Below, piece after piece: positions 9,258-18,463 of a stretch of DNA of 64,000 nucleotides. How positions within the stretch are numbered: the stretch's first letter is position 1; each line of letters starts with the position of its first letter. The notes under the pieces are model-generated. The model was not told where the DNA came from and did no database searches. It saw nothing but the letters and a program-made list of their open reading frames with translations. The DNA is from Lachnospiraceae bacterium (lineage in GTDB: Bacteria; Bacillota; Clostridia; Lachnospirales; Lachnospiraceae). The stretch is taken from NCBI GenBank assembly GCA_015056795.1, contig SVFO01000016.1:11131-75130 (forward strand). Reading direction: 5' to 3'. Both the position numbers and the translations under genes were made by a program.

Positions 9258-10775
9258 TTGGAGCATTTATACGAGAAACTAAAGACGTATGCCGAAGGCG
9301 AGGATTACCCCTATCACATGCCGGGACATAAGCGCAGACTCTATGGCGAGATGCCGCCGGAGGTCTACAGGATGGACGTGACGGAGATCGATGGCTTTGA
9401 TGACCTGCATTGTCCCGAGGGGATTTTGAGGGATCTTCAGGAGAGAGTGGCCAAGCTCTATGGTGCGGAGGAAAGCTTTTGCCTTGTCGGCGGCAGTACG
9501 GCAGGGATCTTAAGTGCCTTGAGCGTGGCGCTTCCCGAAGGCGGACACCTTTTGATGGCAAGGAATTGTCATAAATCCGCTTACCATGCGGCCTACCTGA
9601 GGAATTTGAAGGTGACATATTTGATGCCGCCGCTGCTCGAAGAGTTTGGCATTTGCGATGGTATTCGGCCAAAGCAGGTTCAGAAAGCGTTGGAGGCAGA
9701 CCCTAGAGTTCAGGCGGTTTTGATCGTTTCACCGACCTACGAGGGAAGAATTTCTCCCGTGCGGGAGATTGCTGAGATTGTTCATCGATATGGAAAAATA
9801 CTGATCGTGGATGAGGCGCATGGGGCACACCTTGGACTTGTTGAGGAGAATGTTGCGGAAAACAGCTGTCAGGCTGGGGCAGATCTGGTGATTCACAGCG
9901 TACATAAAACCTTGCCTGCCATGACGCAGACGGCGCTGCTACATGTCAGTGGGGAGCGCGTGGACAGAGAGAGACTTCGTCGCTTCCTTCGCATTTATCA
10001 GTCCAGTAGCCCATCGTATGTCTTGATGGCAAGCATCGACAATGCCGTGACCTTGATGGGACAGGAAGGCGAAGGGCTCTACGAAGAGTTTCTAAGGAAT
10101 TTTACTTGGCTGACAAAGGAGCTGTCGGCATGTAAGCATTTCCGATTCCTCACAACAAAGGAATCCCGTACCAGTGGGATTCGGCAGGATTTAGGAAAGC
10201 TCGTCATTCATGCGGGAAGCAGCGGCCTGACGGGTCAGCAGATTTATGATATATTACGAGAAAAGTATCATTTACAGCTAGAGATGGCAGCAGGGGAATA
10301 TTGCCTTGCCATGTTTACGGTGGGGGATACGCAGGAAGGGTATCAGAGAATGCGTGATGCCTTGCTGGCGATGGATGAGGAAGCGGGATCATCCAATTGC
10401 GATCATGGTAAGCTGAGGGCGCAGTCTGCCGAAGACGAAAGAAAGAGATCGAACGATCATGTCATACGGGAAGCGTGGGATATGCCTGCGATCAAAAAGA
10501 CTCTGCACGAGACTTTAGAAATGCCCATAATCAAAAAGACCCTGTGCGAGGCGTGGGATGCGCCCTGGGAAGAGGTTGCGCTATCGGAATGTGAGGGCAG
10601 GATTGCCGCGGAGTTTGTCAATTTATATCCGCCAGGAACACCCATCGTGGTGCCAGGCGAAGCATTTACAAAGGAAATACGAGATGCCCTGCTGCGCTGG
10701 AGAGACCAAGGCCTACGTCTCCGCGGCGTTGCGGAAGACGGTGAGTGCAAGGTTCGTTGCCTTCTTAAGGCTTAA
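9258..10775 (+). CDS. Orn/Lys/Arg decarboxylase-family PLP enzyme (YaaO-like)
   Basis: HMPGHK near the N-terminus and PLP-lysine context SVHKTLPAMTQ. TTG start has AGGAG 7 nt upstream. Position upstream of holB matches Bacillus yaaO. Confidence 0.85.
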   Translation: MEHLYEKLKTYAEGEDYPYHMPGHKRRLYGEMPPEVYRMDVTEIDGFDDLHCPEGILRDLQERVAKLYGAEESFCLVGGSTAGILSALSVALPEGGHLLMARNCHKSAYHAAYLRNLKVTYLMPPLLEEFGICDGIRPKQVQKALEADPRVQAVLIVSPTYEGRISPVREIAEIVHRYGKILIVDEAHGAHLGLVEENVAENSCQAGADLVIHSVHKTLPAMTQTALLHVSGERVDRERLRRFLRIYQSSSPSYVLMASIDNAVTLMGQEGEGLYEEFLRNFTWLTKELSACKHFRFLTTKESRTSGIRQDLGKLVIHAGSSGLTGQQIYDILREKYHLQLEMAAGEYCLAMFTVGDTQEGYQRMRDALLAMDEEAGSSNCDHGKLRAQSAEDERKRSNDHVIREAWDMPAIKKTLHETLEMPIIKKTLCEAWDAPWEEVALSECEGRIAAEFVNLYPPGTPIVVPGEAFTKEIRDALLRWRDQGLRLRGVAEDGECKVRCLLKA

Positions 10776-10806
10776 CCGTTTCCACAGCCATAGGGCAATC
10801 ATGATA

Positions 10807-10904
10807 TTAAGTTAAGCTTTCCGCATCCTCGAGGGAAAGGTTTGGAGTGTCTTTTTGGGTCAAAAGTCTACCAGAAAGACACTCCAAACCTGGCCCGAGT
10901 TCTT
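10807..10904. repeat. Structured repeat element, copy A (20-bp stem hairpin 10839-10890)
   Basis: Near-identical to 41105-41203. Arms are GGTTTGGAGTGTCTTTTTGG / CCAGAAAGACACTCCAAACC with a 12-nt loop. Lies 30 nt after the decarboxylase stop. Confidence 0.75.
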
Positions 10905-10975
10905 GCGATAACATAATTTCATTGACCATAAGATAAGAGTCTACCAAAGAAATACAGTTTGAGGGGAAAAGAAAC

Positions 10976-11563
10976 ATGGGGAAAATTGTTTGTCTGATGG
11001 GGAAGAGCTCCACGGGTAAGGATACGATTTATAAGGAGCTGCGAAATCGCGGGGAGCTGCCCTTTCGGACAGTGGTGCCATACACGACGCGTCCCATTCG
11101 CGATGGCGAGAGAGAGGGTGTAGAGTATCATTTTACGGACGAGGCTGGATTTCAAAAGCTCTTAGCAGAGGGAAAGATTATAGAGCATCGCGCTTACAAT
11201 ACGGTTCATGGACTTTGGCGTTATTTTACTGTGAATGACGGAAGCATTCAGCTGGGGGAAGCGAATTACCTGATCATTGGGACGCTGGAATCCTATCAAG
11301 CCTTTCGCAAGTATTTTGGTGATGAGGCGATTCTTCCCGTCTATGTGATTTTGGATGACGGCGTTCGCCTGCAGAGGGCATTGGATCGTGAGAAGAAGCA
11401 GGAGCATCCGAAATATGAGGAAATGTGCCGCCGTTTTCTTGCGGACAGCGAGGACTTTTCAGAGGAGAAGCTGGCGGAAGCGGGAAATCCGAAGAGCTTC
11501 TACAACGATGACCTAGATCATTGCATTGAAGAGATTACGACATATTTAAAAGGCAATCTTTAG
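10976..11563 (+). CDS. Guanylate kinase-like protein
   Basis: P-loop GKSSTGKDT and TTRPIRDGEREGVEYHF (guanylate-kinase signature TTRxxRxGExxGxxYxF). Confidence 0.8.
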   Translation: MGKIVCLMGKSSTGKDTIYKELRNRGELPFRTVVPYTTRPIRDGEREGVEYHFTDEAGFQKLLAEGKIIEHRAYNTVHGLWRYFTVNDGSIQLGEANYLIIGTLESYQAFRKYFGDEAILPVYVILDDGVRLQRALDREKKQEHPKYEEMCRRFLADSEDFSEEKLAEAGNPKSFYNDDLDHCIEEITTYLKGNL

Positions 11564-11644
11564 AAAACAGTTGCTTCGTGAAGATCGAAACGAAGTATAT
11601 AGAAATAGATTTATCAATTCCTTACATACGAAAGGAGAACGTCT

Positions 11645-12652
11645 ATGGCAAGTTTTCGGGATATCATAGGGCAGGATCAAATAAGAGAGCATATGCACAA
11701 TGCCATTGCTTCCGGGAAGATTTCTCATGCTTATATCATCAACGGAGAGCAGTTTTCCGGAAAGGAATTCATTGCGAAAATCTTCGCCATGGCGCTGCAG
11801 TGCGAGGAGCGCGGAAAGGGGAATGGCGTCGAAATCCCTTGTCAGGAATGCCATTCCTGCAAGCAGGCCTTGTCAAACAACCAGCCTGACATTATCAAGG
11901 TCACACATGAAAAGCCGAATTCCATCAGCGTTGACGACATTCGTGCGCAGCTCAGCGGCGACGTTGGGATCAAACCGTATTCCAGCCCGTACAAGATTTA
12001 TATCATGAATGAGGCAGAGAAAATGACGACGCAGGCGCAGAATGCCCTGCTAAAAACGCTTGAGGAGCCGCCTGAGTATGTTGTGATCATGCTACTGACG
12101 ACAAACCTCAATGCGCTGCTTCCGACGATCCTTAGCCGCTGCGTCATCCTCAACATGAAACCGGTTGCGGATCATTTGGTTCGGAAGTACTTAATGTCGG
12201 AGCTTCAGCTCACCGACTATAAGGCAGAGGTCTGCGTGGCATTTGCCAGGGGAAACATTGGAAAGGCCCGTCAGCTTGCTTTCAGCGAAGGCTTTGAGAA
12301 CATGAAGGACGAGGCTCTTTCGATCCTAAAATATATCCAGGACATGGAGCTGCAGGAGATGGTTGCAGCGGCAAATCAGATCAAGGAATACAAGCTTGAT
12401 CGAAATGATCTGATCGACATCATGAGAGTATGGTACCGCGACGTGCTTTTGTTCAAGGCGACCAATGACATGAATCATCTGGTGTTCCGTGAGGAGGGCT
12501 CTGCCCTGCGTCAGGTGGCAAACCGCAGTAGCTATGAGGGGATCGAGGCCATTCTTGAGGCGCTGGAGAAGGCGAAAAAACGACTTGACGCCAACGTCAA
12601 TCCAGACCTTGTCATGGAGCTTTTGTTCCTGACCATGAAGGAAAATGGATAG
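11645..12652 (+). CDS. holB: DNA polymerase III subunit delta'
   Basis: ISHAYII..G..GKE clamp-loader N-terminus, Zn module CQECHSCK, and IMNEAEKMT..AQNALLKTLEEPP box. Confidence 0.9.
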   Translation: MASFRDIIGQDQIREHMHNAIASGKISHAYIINGEQFSGKEFIAKIFAMALQCEERGKGNGVEIPCQECHSCKQALSNNQPDIIKVTHEKPNSISVDDIRAQLSGDVGIKPYSSPYKIYIMNEAEKMTTQAQNALLKTLEEPPEYVVIMLLTTNLNALLPTILSRCVILNMKPVADHLVRKYLMSELQLTDYKAEVCVAFARGNIGKARQLAFSEGFENMKDEALSILKYIQDMELQEMVAAANQIKEYKLDRNDLIDIMRVWYRDVLLFKATNDMNHLVFREEGSALRQVANRSSYEGIEAILEALEKAKKRLDANVNPDLVMELLFLTMKENG

Positions 12653-12666
12653 GAGACGAAAGAGAA

Positions 12667-13098
12667 ATGACGATGGAGGAGTTACTGGCACGGGACGGAA
12701 AATTGATTTATAAGACCCGCGGCATCAGCATGGAGCCCATGCTTCGTCAAAACAGAGATCTTGTCATTTTAGAAACGCCCAAGGCCCGATTAAAACCGCT
12801 AGACGTAGCACTCTATAAGCGCGGGAAGGATCTTGTCCTTCACAGGGTATTAAAAGTGGAGGAGGATCATTACATGATCCGCGGGGACAATACCTATGCC
12901 TGGGAGAGAGTCCCGGACGATGCCGTCCTTGCCGTGCTGACGGGATTTCAGCGCAAGGGAAAGCAATACTCCGTGTCGGACGGGCGTTATCTTTTCTATG
13001 CAAAATTCTGGCATTCCATTTATCCGCTGCGATGGTTTGTCGTAAACGTGATTCGACGGATGAAACGCTGTGCGAGGCGCTTATTGGGAAGAAAATAA
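12667..13098 (+). CDS. S24/S26-family peptidase-like protein
   Basis: GISMEPML serine-nucleophile motif and downstream RGDN motif. Starts 14 nt after holB. Confidence 0.6.
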   Translation: MTMEELLARDGKLIYKTRGISMEPMLRQNRDLVILETPKARLKPLDVALYKRGKDLVLHRVLKVEEDHYMIRGDNTYAWERVPDDAVLAVLTGFQRKGKQYSVSDGRYLFYAKFWHSIYPLRWFVVNVIRRMKRCARRLLGRK

Positions 13099-13200
13099 AA
13101 GAAACCTTGCCGATTGGCAATTCCTTGAGGAGTAGGTGTTTTCTTGATGGAATATGGTGCTAAGGAAACAATACTCGGATGGAATCGAAGGAAAAGAATA

Positions 13201-13241
13201 TGCCGCAGGATTATCTGGAATCCTGCGGCATAAAATTTTTT
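13201..13241 (+). terminator. Rho-independent terminator candidate ending the holB transcription unit
   Basis: Perfect 12-bp stem TGCCGCAGGATT / AATCCTGCGGCA (13201-13212 / 13219-13230), 6-nt loop, then TAAAATTTTTT. Confidence 0.55.
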
Positions 13242-13918
13242 ATAATTGTCTCTTTTTTCACTTTCAAATTGTTTTATATATTAGATGACGATTTGGGCAG
13301 GTCACATATCATAAATTTAGTGTACCTGTCGTTTGCACTTGAAAAAATAACTTGCCAATGTTATAACTAGGATAGCTTTGCCGAGAGAACAAATGTTTGG
13401 CGGGGATTCGGAGGGAAAAGAGATGGAAGGGGAAGTATTTTATCAGGGCAGGTTGTGGTTCGTGTATTTGTCATTTTACGATGAGGAGTCATATGAACTG
13501 CAGGCTGCAAGACAAAAAAGTGTTGCATGAGTGGAAAGAATCCATTATACTGATAAATGATAATTTGCCCCGTAATTTAGGGGAATTTCGGAAACTGAAA
13601 AGAATTAGAAAAAAAGGAGGTTGCCGGATATGCCGCAAACTGCTATGATCAAGCAAGGCATAAATGCGCCTTTTTTATATTGTTGATACCCCGGATCGCA
13701 TAGATGGGGCTGGAAGTATCATTTTCAGGATGCCCTTACGGTTAGGCGGCGTCTTAGTGTGCGCCATCATGCCAAAAGCCGGGGACGGCAGACATATTTT
13801 AAGAAACAGGAAACAGTTTAATAATCGATTAAAAACAGAGGAATCCCGCGGACAACTTTCTAAAAGACCGGAGAATATCAGGGATTCAAGCGTTGCCTAA
13901 AAATAGGTGTGAGAGCAT

Positions 13919-14782
13919 ATGCCATTAAAACTTATGTACATAACAAATCGTGTTGACATTGCCGTGATTGCTCAGAAATATGGAGTTGATCGAGTGTGGG
14001 TCGATTTGGAAACGCTGGGAAAAGAAAATCGGCAAAGAGGTCGCAATACGGTGATTTCGAAGCATATTGTGGATGATATTTGGAAGATTAAACCGTACCT
14101 GACGACTTCTGAAATGCTGGTTAGGATCAATCAATGGAATGAGTACTCTGTAGAAGAGATTGAAGCAGTTATTCATGCCGGTGCGGATTTGATAATGCTC
14201 CCGTATTGGAAGACGACAAAAGAGGTCAATAAATTTGTTGAAGCCGTTAACGGTCGGTGCAGGACAACGCTTCTCTTGGAAACAAAGGAAGCCGTTCATT
14301 GCGTGGATGACGTCCTTGCAATCGGAGGTTTTGATGAAATCCATATTGGGCTGAACGATCTCCATCTTTCTTACGGAATGACTTTTATGTTTGAGCTTCT
14401 GGCGGACGGCACTGTGGAAAGTTTGTGTAGAAAAATACAATCTGCCGGGATACCATACGGATTTGGTGGGATAGCAAAGTTGGGTGACGGCCTGCTACCC
14501 GCTGAAAAGGTTATCATGGAACACTATCGCCTGGGTTCTACCAGAGCGATTCTTTCAAGAACGTTCTGTGACAATGCAAAGACGGATAGTGTTGAGGAAA
14601 TCGACAGGGTGTTTCGAGTCAATATGGCAAAATTACGAGAGTTTGAATTAAGCTTGTCTGGCATGACTCAGGAAGATTATCAAATAAACAAGGATGAAGT
14701 TCGCAACATTGTGAACGGGGTTGTTTCCAAAATGAAGAATAACTTGAATGCTGGAGGTACGGGGGCATGTCAACAAAGCTGA
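13919..14782 (+). CDS. HpcH/HpaI aldolase-fold (citrate-lyase-beta/PEP-utilising TIM barrel-like) protein
   Basis: Family-like blocks GADLIMLPYWKTTKEV and ETKEAVHCVDDVLAIGGFDEIHIGLNDL. First gene of the polysaccharide locus. Confidence 0.55.
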   Translation: MPLKLMYITNRVDIAVIAQKYGVDRVWVDLETLGKENRQRGRNTVISKHIVDDIWKIKPYLTTSEMLVRINQWNEYSVEEIEAVIHAGADLIMLPYWKTTKEVNKFVEAVNGRCRTTLLLETKEAVHCVDDVLAIGGFDEIHIGLNDLHLSYGMTFMFELLADGTVESLCRKIQSAGIPYGFGGIAKLGDGLLPAEKVIMEHYRLGSTRAILSRTFCDNAKTDSVEEIDRVFRVNMAKLREFELSLSGMTQEDYQINKDEVRNIVNGVVSKMKNNLNAGGTGACQQS

Positions 14783-15996
14783 CAACAGAGCTGCTTCATC
14801 GCCTTTCGGTTCAATATGGAAATGCGTTTTATCTTCTCGAGCCGGAGAACTTTGAACAAAACTATAAAGAGCTAAGTGCGGCTTTTCGCTCATATTATCC
14901 AAAATTTAACATTGCTTATTCCTATAAAACCAACTACACGCCAAAGCTTGTCAAGATGGTGGATTCTCTCGGCGGGTATGCAGAAGTCGTTTCCGAAATG
15001 GAACTGGACATAGCTTTACAGGCTGGCGTGGAAGCAAAGAGGATCATCTGGAATGGCCCGATTAAGAATGAGAGAAAGGTTGCGGAACTTTTATTGTCCG
15101 GCGGTACGGTCAATATGGATTCCATCTACGAGATTGAAAATATTAGAAAAACCGCCTGTGAACATCCCAGGCACATTCTCAATATTGGGATACGGCTGAA
15201 CTATGACGTCGGCGATGGCGTACTGAGCAGATTTGGTTTTGACGTTGACGGCAAGGATTTTGACGCAGCCCTTCGTTTGATCGCGGCTACACCGAATCTT
15301 CACCTCATGAATCTTCAAGCCCATTTTGCAAAGCGGTCACCTGAGTTCTGGATGGCCAGGGCGAAAGGAATGCTGAAGGCATATGACAGGGTGGTTGCCG
15401 AATACGGCTTGAAGCCGGAGCGCCTTGACATTGGCGGTGGTATCTATGGAAAGATGCCCCAAAGCCTGTGTTCTCAGCTTGGCATTGGACACGTGACTTA
15501 TGAAGATTATGCATCAAAATCGGCAAAATTGTTTGAGGATCGCTTTGGGAATGATCCCGACGCTCCAATCCTTTTTATCGAACCGGGTTCTGCCGTCGCC
15601 GGTGACTGCATGCGGTTTGTCTGCCGGATCGAGACGATCAAGACGGTAAGAGGCAAATGGATTGCCACGGCCACCGGTTCTCAACATAATATCAGCATGA
15701 ATCGTATCAATCCGCCGATGGAGGTGTTTCCCGGCGGTGCTGAGAGAGGATATGTTGAAAATTGTGACATAGTCGGTTTTACCTGCATGGAAGGTGACGT
15801 GCTTCAAAAGGACTATTCGGGAATATTGGGAGTGGGAGATTACGTCGTGATTGGCAACTGCGGCTCCTATTCCCTTGTCATGAAACCGCCGTTCATTTTG
15901 CCGAACTTCCCTGTGTTGGACATCACGGGCAAAGGAGTGGAAGTTATAAAACGCACGGAGACTTATGACGACTTGTTTCGTACGTTTAGTTTTTGA
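14767..15996 (+). CDS. Fold-type III PLP decarboxylase (Orn/DAP/Arg decarboxylase family)
   Basis: PLP-lysine context AYSYKTNY, then DIGGGIYG, EPGSAVAG and CMEGD motifs. Overlaps the upstream gene by 16 nt. Confidence 0.8.
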   Translation: MSTKLTTELLHRLSVQYGNAFYLLEPENFEQNYKELSAAFRSYYPKFNIAYSYKTNYTPKLVKMVDSLGGYAEVVSEMELDIALQAGVEAKRIIWNGPIKNERKVAELLLSGGTVNMDSIYEIENIRKTACEHPRHILNIGIRLNYDVGDGVLSRFGFDVDGKDFDAALRLIAATPNLHLMNLQAHFAKRSPEFWMARAKGMLKAYDRVVAEYGLKPERLDIGGGIYGKMPQSLCSQLGIGHVTYEDYASKSAKLFEDRFGNDPDAPILFIEPGSAVAGDCMRFVCRIETIKTVRGKWIATATGSQHNISMNRINPPMEVFPGGAERGYVENCDIVGFTCMEGDVLQKDYSGILGVGDYVVIGNCGSYSLVMKPPFILPNFPVLDITGKGVEVIKRTETYDDLFRTFSF

Positions 15997-16034
15997 TCAT
16001 ATAATGACACCAAAGCTGTTGGAGGATAGATCAG

Positions 16035-16718
16035 GTGCATAGAATCAATCTCTATATTAAACGCCTGTTTGACGTCGTATCAGCCGCTCTTCTTACAATA
16101 GTACTTATGCCAATATGGATCGTGGTGCCCATCTGGATCAAACTGGACTCTAAAGGGCCTGTGTTCTTTAAACAGAGCCGCAGGACCAAAGATGGTCAAG
16201 TATTCCAGATGCTCAAATTTCGATCCATGGTCGTGGATGCCGAGCAGATGGAAGCAGGGCTGTTCAACTACGAAAATGATCCAAGAGTGACAAAATCAGG
16301 CCGATTCCTGCGCAATAGCAGTATCGACGAGTTGCCGCAGCTCTTCAATATTCTGAGAGGTGACATGAGTGTTGTGGGTCCTCGCCCCTGTGTTATAGAC
16401 GAACTGGGAGATTTCGATACACTGAACAAAAGATATAGGAAGCGTTTTGAAATGAAGGCGGGACTGACCGGACTGGCGCAGGTGAAAGGTCGGAATAATA
16501 TCAGCTGGGATGATAAGGTTGGCTATGACAACCAATACATAGATCAATTTAAAAAGATCGGGGTATTTGAGGATGTTATGATATTGTTGTGGTCTGTTCT
16601 TAAGGTCTTCAAAAAAGAAGATATTTACGAGAAAAAGGCCGACGTTTCCATGACGGATGCGGAAGCAGCGAAGCACGCGGAAGAAGAGATCATAAGGATC
16701 GCACATCTCCCGGATTGA
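16035..16718 (+). CDS. Undecaprenyl-phosphate sugar phosphotransferase (small PglC/EpsL/WbaP-C type priming enzyme)
   Basis: KRLFDVVSA N-terminal re-entrant helix and DELPQLFNILRGDMSVVGPRP signature. Confidence 0.9.
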   Translation: MHRINLYIKRLFDVVSAALLTIVLMPIWIVVPIWIKLDSKGPVFFKQSRRTKDGQVFQMLKFRSMVVDAEQMEAGLFNYENDPRVTKSGRFLRNSSIDELPQLFNILRGDMSVVGPRPCVIDELGDFDTLNKRYRKRFEMKAGLTGLAQVKGRNNISWDDKVGYDNQYIDQFKKIGVFEDVMILLWSVLKVFKKEDIYEKKADVSMTDAEAAKHAEEEIIRIAHLPD

Positions 16719-16751
16719 TCTACGGCTGGTGAAAGGATAAGAACGATAAAG

Positions 16752-17669
16752 ATGAAATTTGACGTTTCCGAAAGAATGATCTGGTTTAAAGGAGAAATCC
16801 TTCACGTAAACGATGCAAAAGTCAACATACTTGCGCCCACCGCGCAGTTTGGCTTGAATGTTTTTGAGGGCATCCCCTGCTATTGGAACGATCAGGAGCA
16901 GCAGCTTTACGCCTTCAGACTTAATGATCACTATGAGCGTTTGATTCGCTCTGCCAGGCTCATACAGATTGATTGTCCATATACAAAAGATCAGCTGAAA
17001 AAAGCCTTTATCGATGTCGTAAAAGCGAACGAGTACGATGAAAATCTGTCTGTCCGTCAAACTCTGTTTGTGGATGGTTTTGGTTCCTGGGGATCAAATG
17101 GTCCCACGGAAATGTTCGTTGCGCCCATACCGAGAGGCAGAACGAGTGCGGAATACCATAAAGACGGATTAAAGGTTTGTGTCACCTCCTGGCGGCGGAT
17201 CAGTGAGAACGCATTGAGCCCAAGGATCAAATGCGGCGCGAATTATATCAACAGCCGATATGGCCAGCGTGAGGCGCTTCGGAATGGATATGATACCTGC
17301 ATTTTCCTCAACGAGTATGGCAAGGTTTCAGAAGGACCCGGAAGTTGCTTCTTCATGGTGAGGAACGGTGTTTTAATCACTCCGTCATTTACTGATGCGG
17401 TGCTGGAAAGCATAACAAGGGACTCGGTGGTCAAGCTGGCAAAGAGCATGGGCTATGAGGTCGAGGAGCGGACTATTGACAGAACGGAGCTTTACACAGC
17501 TGATGAAGCGTTTCTTTGTGGTTCTGCGATGGAATTAACGCCGGTGTTAAGTATTGACCAATATGAGCTTGGCGAAGGAGAGATCACGAAGAAGCTTCAT
17601 AAGACTTATGTTGACGCGGCAAGCGGAAGCATAGAGCAGTTCAAAAATTGGGTGACACCGATATACTGA
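16752..17669 (+). CDS. Fold-type IV aminotransferase (branched-chain/D-amino-acid aminotransferase family)
   Basis: Length and blocks typical of IlvE-like enzymes (FGLNVFEGI, KCGANYINS, GSAMELTPV). Confidence 0.8.
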   Translation: MKFDVSERMIWFKGEILHVNDAKVNILAPTAQFGLNVFEGIPCYWNDQEQQLYAFRLNDHYERLIRSARLIQIDCPYTKDQLKKAFIDVVKANEYDENLSVRQTLFVDGFGSWGSNGPTEMFVAPIPRGRTSAEYHKDGLKVCVTSWRRISENALSPRIKCGANYINSRYGQREALRNGYDTCIFLNEYGKVSEGPGSCFFMVRNGVLITPSFTDAVLESITRDSVVKLAKSMGYEVEERTIDRTELYTADEAFLCGSAMELTPVLSIDQYELGEGEITKKLHKTYVDAASGSIEQFKNWVTPIY

Positions 17670-17679
17670 GGTGGGAAAG

Positions 17680-18456
17680 ATGGAACGCAAATCGGAAGAG
17701 TACGTGAAGGGTTTGGTTTCGGTCATAACGCCGGTTTATAACAGTGAGAAATACATTGAGAGGACACTGGATTCGGTTCTTTCCCAGTCATATCAGGATA
17801 TTGAGATTATTCTTGTGGATGATCAGTCGAAAGACCGGTCGGCGGAAATTATCAGGAAATACCAGGAAACTCATTCGGAGATCGTGTACTTTCTCCAGCC
17901 AAAGAATTTGGGCGCCGGACATGCCCGGAATAAGGCACTGGAGCTTGCGAAAGGTCAGTATGTTGCCTTTCTTGACGCGGATGATCTGTGGAAGGCTGGG
18001 AAGATCGAAAAACAGGTGAATTTGCTTCAGAAAAAGCACGGAGGGTTTTGTTTTACCGCCATCGAGATGATAGATGGCAATGATCAAGTCATCAAAACCA
18101 AGAGAAGCGTAAAAGAGGAGGTTGATTATGCATTTCTCCTCTCTAACACAATGATTCCAACTTCCGGCGTGTTGATTGACAGAACCGTGAAGGGTGATTT
18201 TCGGATGCACCTGCGGCGTGGCGGGCAAGATTATGCAACGTGGCTTCGGCTTCTCCGGGACGGAAGTTTGGCCTATGGCATTGATGAGGCGTTGGTCGGA
18301 TACCGGATCGATGGCAAATCGTTGAGTTCGAACAAACTGGAGAGCGTAAGACAGATCTGGGAGATACAGACACGGGATGAAGGAATCCCAAAGGCAGCAG
18401 CTGCCTGGCACGTCATCAAATGGTGTTGGAATTCCATAAAGAAATACTGGATGTGA
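17680..18456 (+). CDS. Family 2 glycosyltransferase
   Basis: VSVITPVYNSEKYI ... VDDQSKD ... FLDADD (GT-A DxD). ATG at 17680 follows GAGGTGGG. Confidence 0.85.
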   Translation: MERKSEEYVKGLVSVITPVYNSEKYIERTLDSVLSQSYQDIEIILVDDQSKDRSAEIIRKYQETHSEIVYFLQPKNLGAGHARNKALELAKGQYVAFLDADDLWKAGKIEKQVNLLQKKHGGFCFTAIEMIDGNDQVIKTKRSVKEEVDYAFLLSNTMIPTSGVLIDRTVKGDFRMHLRRGGQDYATWLRLLRDGSLAYGIDEALVGYRIDGKSLSSNKLESVRQIWEIQTRDEGIPKAAAAWHVIKWCWNSIKKYWM

Positions 18457-18463
18457 GTAATGT

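Noticed and set aside
10481-10550. In-frame imperfect 39-bp duplication in the decarboxylase-like gene (MPAIKKTLHE / MPIIKKTLCE)
   Set aside because: It lies in an inter-domain linker and keeps the frame. It is most simply a neutral slippage duplication, not a separate feature.
13179-13900. Three ORF-track entries (63, 83 and 78 aa) in the AT-rich leader
   Set aside because: None has an SD. The first spans the terminator hairpin. The products are Cys/Arg/Lys-rich nonsense-like sequences. Only the shorter SD-preceded mini-ORFs are mentioned, as an open question.
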